A stretch of 64,000 nt of DNA from Chthoniobacterales bacterium (GTDB lineage Bacteria > Verrucomicrobiota > Verrucomicrobiia > Chthoniobacterales > DASVRZ01): assembly GCA_038225185.1 (NCBI GenBank), contig JBBRFA010000001.1, forward strand, positions 20,754-84,753, given 5' to 3'. Below, one piece after another: positions 26,950 through 34,364 of the stretch. How positions within the stretch are numbered: the first letter of the stretch is position 1; each line of letters starts with the position of its first letter. The notes beneath the pieces are model-generated. The model searched no databases. It was not told where the DNA came from and worked only from the letters and a program-made list of their open reading frames with translations. The translations under genes and the position numbers were made by a program.

Positions 26950-28398
26950 ATGCCCGCCACCACCGTTCCCCGCGTCGCCATCATCGGCGCAGGCCCCGCA
27001 GGCATCACCGCCGGCTACGAACTCGCCAAACGCGGCATCCCCGTCGAAATCTTCGAGGCCAGCTCCGAAGTCGGCGGCCTCGCCCGCACCATCGATCTTT
27101 GGGGCCAAAAAATCGACATCGGCCCGCATCGCTTTTTCAGCACCGACTCCCGCGTCAACTCCCTCTGGCTCGAAGTCGCCCGCACCGATTACTCCATGGT
27201 CAATCGGCTCACCCGCATCTATTATCGTGGCAAATTTTTCCACTACCCCCTCCAGCCCATCAACGCCCTCCTCAACCTCGGCCCCATCCAGTCCGCCCTC
27301 TGTCTGCTCTCCTATTTTTTTCAAAAAAACACCCCCCCCGAGATCCAGGGCACCTTCGAGTCCTGGGTCGTCTCCCGGTTCGGTCGCAAACTCTTTGAGA
27401 TCTTTTTCAAAAACTACAGCGAAAAACTTTGGGGCATCACCTGCCGCGAACTCGACGCCGATTTCGCCGCGCAACGCATCAAAAAACTCTCCCTCTGGGA
27501 AGCCGTCCTCAACGCCTTCGGTGCCGCCCGCGGCAAACATAAAACTCTCGTCGATCAATTTGCCTATCCCCACGGCGGCACCGGCGCCATTTACCAGCGC
27601 ATGGCCGACTCCATCGCCAGCCTCGGCGGCCAGATCCATCTCGACACCCCCATCCGACGCATCCTCACCGATCACATCGACCATCAACACCAGGCCACCG
27701 CCCTCCAGCTCACCGACGACCGCATCCTCCCCTTCGACCGCATCATCTCCACCATGCCCCTCACCAGCATGGTCCTCGCCCTGCCCGATCTTCCGCCCGA
27801 AGTGCGACAAGCCGCCGCTGCCCTCACCTTTCGGAACACCATCATCGTCTATCTTAAAGTCGATGCCCGCGATCTCTTTCCCGATAACTGGCTCTACGTC
27901 CATTCCCCCGATCTTACCACCGGACGCATCACCAATTTCTCCAACTGGGTCCCACATATTAACCAGGGCCAGAACGCCACCATCGTCGCCCTCGAATTCT
28001 GGTGTTACGATACCGACGCCCTCTGGCAGTCCACCGACGACGCACTCATCGCTCTCGCGCAAAAAGATCTTCGCACCACCGGCCTCGCAGGAGACGCCCC
28101 CATCGTCGATGGCCACGTTTATCGCATTAAACGCTGCTACCCTGTTTATCGTCGCGGGTATCGGGAAAAAGTCGCCCTCATCGAAGGCTACCTCGCTGGC
28201 ATCCACGGGCTCTCGGTCATCGGACGTTACGGCTCCTTTAAATACAACAACCAGGATCACAGCATCCTCATGGGATTGTTAGCGGCGGAAAACATCGCCG
28301 ATGGCAGGCAGCATAATCTGTGGGAGATCAACACCGATTACGACGATTATCAGGAACGCTCCACCATTACCGCCTCCGGCCTGCAAGTTTCCTCCTGA
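26950..28398 (+). CDS. FAD-dependent oxidoreductase, UDP-galactopyranose-mutase-like (amine-oxidase/GLF superfamily)
   Basis: Track ORF 26635..28398 trimmed to ATG 26950. VAIIGAGPAGITAGYELAKRGIPVEIFEASSEVGGLART dinucleotide fold. GPHRFFS, YSEKLWG and the C-terminal GRYGSFKYNNQDHSI parallel Glf stretches (GAHIFHT, YTEKQWG, GRLAEYKYYDMHQVI). Confidence 0.75.
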   Translation: MPATTVPRVAIIGAGPAGITAGYELAKRGIPVEIFEASSEVGGLARTIDLWGQKIDIGPHRFFSTDSRVNSLWLEVARTDYSMVNRLTRIYYRGKFFHYPLQPINALLNLGPIQSALCLLSYFFQKNTPPEIQGTFESWVVSRFGRKLFEIFFKNYSEKLWGITCRELDADFAAQRIKKLSLWEAVLNAFGAARGKHKTLVDQFAYPHGGTGAIYQRMADSIASLGGQIHLDTPIRRILTDHIDHQHQATALQLTDDRILPFDRIISTMPLTSMVLALPDLPPEVRQAAAALTFRNTIIVYLKVDARDLFPDNWLYVHSPDLTTGRITNFSNWVPHINQGQNATIVALEFWCYDTDALWQSTDDALIALAQKDLRTTGLAGDAPIVDGHVYRIKRCYPVYRRGYREKVALIEGYLAGIHGLSVIGRYGSFKYNNQDHSILMGLLAAENIADGRQHNLWEINTDYDDYQERSTITASGLQVSS

Positions 28399-28413
28399 AA
28401 AAGTTATACTCCA

Positions 28414-28457
28414 GGAGCCTGGTCACGGTCGCTCTGTGACCGCGCCGCTGTAGCTCC
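28414..28457. terminator. Nested hairpin between convergent genes (possible bidirectional terminator or dispersed repeat)
   Basis: Inner stem ggtcac(28421-28426)/gtgacc(28436-28441) and outer stem ggagc(28414-28418)/gctcc(28453-28457). No clear T-run. Confidence 0.35.
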
Positions 28458-28459
28458 AT

Positions 28460-29878
28460 TCAACCCGTGCTAACGGCCCGAGATCGATCTAACATGCGAC
28501 GGGCGAGTTCTCCGACAATCGCGCTGTAAGTCGGATAGGATAGCCGCGTGCCCGCCAAGATGCCCAGCGTCACCCCGGCAGACATGGAGATGGCCAGACC
28601 TTGAATTAATTCCAACGCATTTTCGCCAATCGCATGTGCGCCAAGCAGTTTACCCGTTTCCCGATCCGCGATCAGTTTTACGAAGCCCTGCTTACGTCCA
28701 TCGATAATCGCGCGATCCAGATTGGCGTAGTCCGCCGTGAGAGAAATGGTTTCCAGCGTGCGCACACGCGCCTCGCGTTCGGTAAGGCCCACGCCGGCGT
28801 GATCTGGATCTGTGAAACCGCCACTCGGCAACAACTCCGCTTGATGTTCCAGCGTCGCTCCGAGCACCGCATTTTCAGCAGCCACCATGGCTTCGAAATG
28901 CGCCCCTTGCACGAGCATGTCGCGCCCATGCACATCGCCAGCGGCAAAGATGTGTCCCAAATTAGTCTGCATAAAACGATTGACCTTGAGAAAGCCGCGT
29001 TCCGTTTCCAGGCCGATCGCTTCGAGTCCGATATCTTCGAGCGCAGCGGGCCATCCCAGGCAAAGCAACACCGCCTCGGCCTCGATTGCCTGGGGCACTC
29101 CCCCTTTTCTAAAATGTAAACGGCGCAGGCCATTCTCCAGCGCCTCGATCCGCTCCACCGTTTCGATCCCGGTCACCACGACCACGCCGAGTGCCTCGAA
29201 ACGTTCCTGCAAAACGGCACTCACCATTTCATCGGCGCTCGGCACAATCGCTGGCGCCACATCGAGGAGAGTGACCTTAGCACCGAAGGCATTCATAATT
29301 GTGCAGACTTGCACCCCGGTATAACCACTTCCGATGATCGCGACGGATTTTGGCATCTCCGCGAGCGAGAAAAGTTCTTCCGGCACAATGCCGAGCTCCA
29401 CCCCCTCGATGTTGGGACGCCTTGCTTTACCACCGACGCAGAGGATGATTTTATCGGCGTGAAGTTCTCGTTTGGAATCGGCCAATTGCAAGCTGTTCGG
29501 ACCAAGGAATCTTGCAGATCCTTCGAAGAAAAGTTCCCCGCCCGATGCCCGGATACGCTCCGCCGTCTGCTTTCTCGCTTGCACTTCGTTTACCACCTCC
29601 TGCACCCGGGCCAGGGTTCGTGACCAGACGAGTTTCGGATCGGACACCTCGATTCCATAAAGTCCCGCCGTGCGAATATCCCGCAGCAACCGGGCCGCCA
29701 CCGCGAGCACCCGGGTCGGCACGCAGCCCGTATTCGTGCAGGTGCCGCCCATGCGGACACGATCAACCAGGCCGACATGGGCACCGAGTTCCGCCGCACG
29801 CAAGGCAGCGCGCGCCCCTGCTGGTCCGGCGCCAACGACCAAGACCTCAAAATCTCTCTTTTCGGGAATAATGTTCAT
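28460..29878 (-). CDS. Class-I pyridine nucleotide-disulfide oxidoreductase (Lpd/GR/MerA superfamily)
   Basis: 472 aa. VVGAGPAGARAA, redox-active GGTCTNTGCVPTRVL, a second Rossmann IIGSGYTGVQ, and AAGDVHG. The C-terminal dimerisation domain reads SYPTYSA where Lpd/GR have HAHPT..E. Confidence 0.85.
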   Translation of the reverse strand: MNIIPEKRDFEVLVVGAGPAGARAALRAAELGAHVGLVDRVRMGGTCTNTGCVPTRVLAVAARLLRDIRTAGLYGIEVSDPKLVWSRTLARVQEVVNEVQARKQTAERIRASGGELFFEGSARFLGPNSLQLADSKRELHADKIILCVGGKARRPNIEGVELGIVPEELFSLAEMPKSVAIIGSGYTGVQVCTIMNAFGAKVTLLDVAPAIVPSADEMVSAVLQERFEALGVVVVTGIETVERIEALENGLRRLHFRKGGVPQAIEAEAVLLCLGWPAALEDIGLEAIGLETERGFLKVNRFMQTNLGHIFAAGDVHGRDMLVQGAHFEAMVAAENAVLGATLEHQAELLPSGGFTDPDHAGVGLTEREARVRTLETISLTADYANLDRAIIDGRKQGFVKLIADRETGKLLGAHAIGENALELIQGLAISMSAGVTLGILAGTRLSYPTYSAIVGELARRMLDRSRAVSTG

Positions 29879-30010
29879 TTTTAAATACGGAATACGATGA
29901 ATTCCGTAATGACACTACGTTTAAAAAGAGCGTTCAGTCCAACCCGATTGGCTGTGGGGGGGTGATGTTCTGCCGAGGCAACACGCAATCTTTCCCCAAA
30001 GTGCGCGATG

Positions 30011-30757
30011 TCAGTTCTCGATTTGGGTAAGTAAAGGCACTAAAATAAATTCTACCTCTTGCAGAAACTCTTTTAACCCGGTTTGGGTTCCTCGATCTGC
30101 AAGTTCCACGAGTGGAACATCCTTCCAGCAAGCTTCCTGTCGCTTTGCGCAGCCACCCGTTAAGCTGGCAAGGACCAGCTTCGGACCCTTGTAATCGGAT
30201 GCGCGGCGGCCTGTTAGTAATTCTGCGGATTCGCAGGGATCAAAACCTAGTTTTTCTCGTTCGATTTGGTGAAGATGAACCTCATTTGGAGTTTTTGGGA
30301 TAAACCCGTTGAGCAGCCACGCCTCGCGCATGCGATTGGGCAGGGCGAGGACGACCCTGAGTCTTGTCGGGTCGGTGTGCGCTCGGGCTTCGATTAAACT
30401 TTGGCGCCGTGCCTGATACTGCCGATCCATGTCGCGAATGAATAAAACGGCCCGAATGGGTTCTGCATGTTTGGCCAAAAGACAAAGCACGATGGCTTTC
30501 CGGGCACTGGGGTAATCGAAACCGCCAACTTCCTCCCGTTTGTGGCCCAGGATGCGGACATTCTCTTTTTTAGCTAACCGAGAAAGGCTGGTCCAAGGCG
30601 TAAAATCAGTGCCAGGTTCAATACCCTGCCATTTTCTCTCGAATCCAAGTTGTTCCTCATCCAACCAATCGGGTGTTCCCTCCAAAAGAACCCGGTCTGC
30701 CAGACCGCAGGCCATTTCCTTGTCCGGCATATTCTCTGCCATCACAGCAATCAACAT
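30011..30757 (-). CDS. Small Toprim-like protein (DUF4276/RloB/AriB-like by motif), partner of the upstream ATPase
   Basis: 248 aa. Starts 12 nt after the ATPase stop. N-terminal strand plus acidic residue MLIAVMAEN, a DxD-type stretch VLFIRDMD, and MREAWLLNGF, which resembles the E-A-W-(L/F)-L motif I associate with DUF4276-type Toprim proteins. The gene call is solid; the family call is inference. Confidence 0.6.
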   Translation of the reverse strand: MLIAVMAENMPDKEMACGLADRVLLEGTPDWLDEEQLGFERKWQGIEPGTDFTPWTSLSRLAKKENVRILGHKREEVGGFDYPSARKAIVLCLLAKHAEPIRAVLFIRDMDRQYQARRQSLIEARAHTDPTRLRVVLALPNRMREAWLLNGFIPKTPNEVHLHQIEREKLGFDPCESAELLTGRRASDYKGPKLVLASLTGGCAKRQEACWKDVPLVELADRGTQTGLKEFLQEVEFILVPLLTQIEN

Positions 30758-30769
30758 AATGAAAAAATA

Positions 30770-32047
30770 TCAAGCTTTCGTTGCTGCTACCAAATTGGTT
30801 TCCTGAACCCAATCTTCCCCCTCGGCACTCCAGAATTCCCCGGTAGTCAATACTCCCTTGGCGCGTTCCAGGTCTGGGTGCTTACTTAACCTTTTGGCAA
30901 AGGTCTCTCCCTGCCGGTCTTGATCGAGCACCCACACGTCCTCGGGATTCATCTCGTCGATGATGTAAGGAGAATGGGTGGTTAGTATGATCTGAAGATT
31001 GGGCCGCATGGATTGGAGCGATTTCAAATGCCGAATGAGATCGCGCTGCGCCTGCGGGTGAAGGGCCTGCTCCGTATCATCGATCAAAAACAGATTAGGT
31101 GAATGGGTGGTGTAAAATACGGTTAGCAGAGCCAGGCTTAGTAGTGTTCCCTCGCTCACGACTTCTGCGGGAATGCTTTTCCCAGAGACCAAATCGAAAA
31201 TCAATTCATGGCCGCTAAATTCCCTCTCCTCGTCAAAAGACACCTCTTTACGGTTGACACTTATGATTTTCTTTTCCGACTTCATGACCAGTGCAGGTCT
31301 GACGCGAATCTGCCTCACAATCGGAATTAGCTTGCGAAAGGAATCGGAAAGTTCATCGAAAAGCTCACGTTCAGAAGTCATCAGATAGGCAATAGTTGAA
31401 GGAAGGTTTCCTCCCTGGCTGGTAATTTTAGGGATGCTTTCGGTCGTATAGGAGGGTTTATGAAGCTGCTGCCCGACACTGTGTAAATACTGGTGGTCGA
31501 GCAGCGCATTTATCCAATCGTCTTTTCCCTGCTTGAGAGAAATAATGCCGTCTCGGTTACTTCCCAAGGATAATTCGCTCTTGGTTAAAACAAGTTCAGC
31601 CCTAGTCTTTGCAAATTTTTCACTAATTTCCGTATCAGAAAGAAACTTTTCGGGCCCTATCGACGGCACCCATGACTTTAGCCGTTCCGGTGGGCTTTTC
31701 TCTAACAACTGCCAGCTTTTGGTTACAGTTCGGCTTCCCTCTTTTTTGATTGAGTTTCCTTCCAGAGCGTAGCCCCATGCACTGGCGGCGTCATTTGTGC
31801 CACTGATACTCAGCCCAAAATTTGTTTCCTCTGATCGGATGAAAGACGTAGGAATGGTGAATTCAACTGGGGGTAAAAGGTCAACTGGCGGTGGGGTTGG
31901 TTCCAAAGAGCGGGCCAGTTCACGAATGCCTCGAAGCACGGTTGTCTTGCCTGCACCATTCCTGCCCACGAGCGCCGTCATGGCATTAAACTCCAGACGC
32001 AGGTCGCGGTGGTTGCCGAAATTTACCAATCGAATGCCGTGAATCAT
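30770..32047 (-). CDS. ABC/SMC-like AAA ATPase (AAA_21/AAA_15-type) with a large insertion between Walker A and the signature motif
   Basis: 425 aa. MIHGIRLVNFGNHRDLRLEF (RecF/SMC-like N-terminus), Walker A GRNGAGKTT, signature-like VSEGTLLSLALL, Walker B LFLIDDTEQALHP, H-loop ILTTHSPYIIDE. G+C is visibly lower than the flanks. Confidence 0.85.
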   Translation of the reverse strand: MIHGIRLVNFGNHRDLRLEFNAMTALVGRNGAGKTTVLRGIRELARSLEPTPPPVDLLPPVEFTIPTSFIRSEETNFGLSISGTNDAASAWGYALEGNSIKKEGSRTVTKSWQLLEKSPPERLKSWVPSIGPEKFLSDTEISEKFAKTRAELVLTKSELSLGSNRDGIISLKQGKDDWINALLDHQYLHSVGQQLHKPSYTTESIPKITSQGGNLPSTIAYLMTSERELFDELSDSFRKLIPIVRQIRVRPALVMKSEKKIISVNRKEVSFDEEREFSGHELIFDLVSGKSIPAEVVSEGTLLSLALLTVFYTTHSPNLFLIDDTEQALHPQAQRDLIRHLKSLQSMRPNLQIILTTHSPYIIDEMNPEDVWVLDQDRQGETFAKRLSKHPDLERAKGVLTTGEFWSAEGEDWVQETNLVAATKA

Positions 32048-32218
32048 TGCGAAAAGGTAATTAAGAAAAAGCGATCAATCCAGCACGAGTTTTGCCGCGC
32101 TTGCAAAAATCGTTTGGAAATAGCAGATCTGCGGTTCAAACCCCGGCTGCAAAACATGGTGGCCAAGAAGAGCCCCCACCCTGTGGTTTTATTTTAACGG
32201 TTTTTCGGAATGGGTTTA

Positions 32219-32250
32219 TCCGCAGATTACGCAGATTTCCGCAGATTATA
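32219..32250. repeat. Triple short direct repeat CGCAGATT (9-10 bp period)
   Basis: cgcagatt at 32221-32228, 32230-32237 and 32240-32247. A related palindrome gcagatctgc lies at 32123-32132. Located in the 331-bp region upstream of the ATPase gene. Confidence 0.7.
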
Positions 32251-32378
32251 GAAGACCGACAACCCAGAACATGGCGATCTTGCCTTTTTCTAATATCGCC
32301 ATATCTGGCATCATGTCGCCTATTAGGTCTGCAAGGGGGTGGTCCAAATATTTTTAGGCGGAAAATTTGTGGCACCAC

Positions 32379-33119
32379 TTATTTCGCTGGTTTCGGGGAA
32401 CCTGTGCTTGGGCTCTGCGCCTGGACCTCTTGCACCAGCCGGGAAGGTTCTGCTCGGAGCCGATAGTCGGCATCGAGAAAAGCATAGGTAATCTGGCCGT
32501 CCGGCGCGATCACATACGCGGCCGCCAGGGGCAGTTCATCGGATTCATCGCCATTACGCGCCACCGTGTTGGCAAATTTGCGCATGGCTTCCGCGACGTC
32601 CGGGGTCATTTTGAAAACAATGCCATACTTCCTGGCCACGTCATTCCCCAGATCAGACAACACTTCAAAAGCGATTTTACCATTCTTCGTCGTGTCCGCC
32701 GCAAAGTCGGGCAACTCTGGAGTCAGCGCCACCAACGTCGCTCCCGCCGCCTGAAATTCCGGCAACTTTTCTTGCAGGGCGGCCAGCGTGAGATTACAAT
32801 ATGGACACCATCCGCCGCGATACCACGTGAGCACCACGGGACCTTTCTTTAGCAAATTCGATAGCGAAACCTCTATGCCCGCCGCATTTTTGAGCGTGAA
32901 ATCCGGGGCCTGGTCACCGGTTTTCCTGGCCCGGTCATAAATCCCGCTTTTAGCCACCGCATCGATTCCTGCCTCATAGGAAGCCGCCTTTTCCGGCGAA
33001 GTTTTGCTGGCGAAATCCTTCTGTTTGGCACTCAATCGATCACTCAGGGTTTCAGCGGAAAGCGAGGCAGCCATGAAAAGGGCTAAAGATATGGTGGCGA
33101 GTATTTTGGTCGTAATCAT
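32379..33119 (-). CDS. Secreted AhpC/TSA-redoxin family protein (peroxiredoxin-like)
   Basis: Track ORF trimmed to ATG 33119, giving the signal peptide MITTKILATISLALFMAASLSA-E. Thioredoxin-fold motif GPVVLTWYRGGWCPYCNLTLAAL. Confidence 0.8.
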   Translation of the reverse strand: MITTKILATISLALFMAASLSAETLSDRLSAKQKDFASKTSPEKAASYEAGIDAVAKSGIYDRARKTGDQAPDFTLKNAAGIEVSLSNLLKKGPVVLTWYRGGWCPYCNLTLAALQEKLPEFQAAGATLVALTPELPDFAADTTKNGKIAFEVLSDLGNDVARKYGIVFKMTPDVAEAMRKFANTVARNGDESDELPLAAAYVIAPDGQITYAFLDADYRLRAEPSRLVQEVQAQSPSTGSPKPAK

Positions 33120-33215
33120 TGTGAAATCTAAGATCGTGAGACAAAGTTGCAATCGAAAGTAAAGAAGAGGTTAACTGGATAGGCAGGCCATCTCCGATTA
33201 ATCCTTTCTGTAAAA

Positions 33216-34169
33216 TCAGACGCCCGCCTTCGGAGTCGCTGATTCTGGCGCGTGGGTGATGGTTCGTTCGAAGATGTTGTGTGCCCACAGAATTAATACG
33301 CCAAAGGATACACCACCCAGAACGAGCGCGACATTGAGCAGGGGGCCAGCGCTGAAAGATATTTTGATGAGGATGGTGGAAATGACGAAGCCAGAATTGC
33401 GGATCACTTTCGGAAAACTCCCGGAATGAATCAGAGAGAGCAGAAGAAGAAATACGTCGGCCATGACGAGGATTGCGAAGAAATCCTCGAAAAAGATTTT
33501 GTTGACATCGATGACATTGGCCGTGGCGATGTTTCCCATGAAAAAGCTATCCTGGGTCCAGCGAACAAAACTGAAGATCGCGAGTATCAGCAGCACCGGG
33601 ACCAGTAACAGGCTGATGATATTTTTAAAATAAATGAAGCGCAGGAGATCGGGCGTAAAGACTTCCTGCCCTTTGGGAGGAGCTGGGCGGTCGCGAGCCA
33701 ACCGGTAAAAGAGAATGATCAGTAAAAAGAGGACCAGCGTGGCCGCGATATCGCAGGTTAGCTGCAAATCCCCTGGATGATTAAACCAATCGGTCGTTAG
33801 CTTCACATTGGCGATGTCTTTGAAAATCCGGCGCACAATGATCAGGGTGATGATTTCATACTGCCGGGCGATATATTGGGTGATCGACTGGGGAAGGTAA
33901 TAAACCAGTAGATAAACTTCATAAATCAGGATGAAAGAAAATGGCGTGTAAATCGCCGCAATGGGATTAATCAAAAGCTCATCCAGATGCTGGCTGTGGG
34001 GTGGGAGCATGTCCAGGTGACGCAGGCCGATGAGAGCGAGGTGGACGACGAAAGCGACCAGAGCGATGACGACGACCACGCGTTCCCCGGTGTGGCGCGC
34101 TTTTTCGGAGATGAGGCACTCGCGAAGCGTATTATAGATGGAACGGACTTTTGGTTTCGTATCTGGCAT
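33216..34169 (-). CDS. Hypothetical polytopic membrane protein
   Basis: 317 aa with 6-8 hydrophobic helices. No recognised motif. Lower G+C than the surrounding core genes. Confidence 0.55.
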   Translation of the reverse strand: MPDTKPKVRSIYNTLRECLISEKARHTGERVVVVIALVAFVVHLALIGLRHLDMLPPHSQHLDELLINPIAAIYTPFSFILIYEVYLLVYYLPQSITQYIARQYEIITLIIVRRIFKDIANVKLTTDWFNHPGDLQLTCDIAATLVLFLLIILFYRLARDRPAPPKGQEVFTPDLLRFIYFKNIISLLLVPVLLILAIFSFVRWTQDSFFMGNIATANVIDVNKIFFEDFFAILVMADVFLLLLSLIHSGSFPKVIRNSGFVISTILIKISFSAGPLLNVALVLGGVSFGVLILWAHNIFERTITHAPESATPKAGV

Positions 34170-34364
34170 ATTGATCGTTTATTCCAAAAGGGGTGGGTTT
34201 ATGAGCGGCTCACGGAATTGCCTTGGCACCGCAATTACAGAGATATCCTGGATTCCTTAAATCTTACTACGTTTGAAAAGGGTATTCGGTCTTATGCCAT
34301 TGGTGTGACGGCAATCCAGCGTTCAAATAACAATAACGTCTAGCGTTCGAGGCAAGGCGGCGAA

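Noticed and set aside
26944-28260. 438-aa ORF on the minus strand
   Set aside because: Antisense shadow of the UGM-like flavoprotein gene. Low-complexity G/D/E/A/F composition.
29887-29909. Hairpin tacggaat-acgatga-attccgta downstream of the Toprim-like gene, considered as a terminator
   Set aside because: The stem is only 8 bp and AT-rich. On the minus strand it is followed by tttaaaaa, not a clean U-run. It also sits 9 nt upstream of the next gene's start, so the assignment is too ambiguous for the feature list.
29879-34364. Whether the low-GC patch is a prophage or an IS-bounded mobile element
   Set aside because: There are no integrase, transposase, phage structural or plasmid genes. 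I found no terminal inverted or direct repeats by eye; only a weak cccccac-type similarity links the two borders. I therefore describe it as a compositionally atypical cassette, not a defined mobile element.
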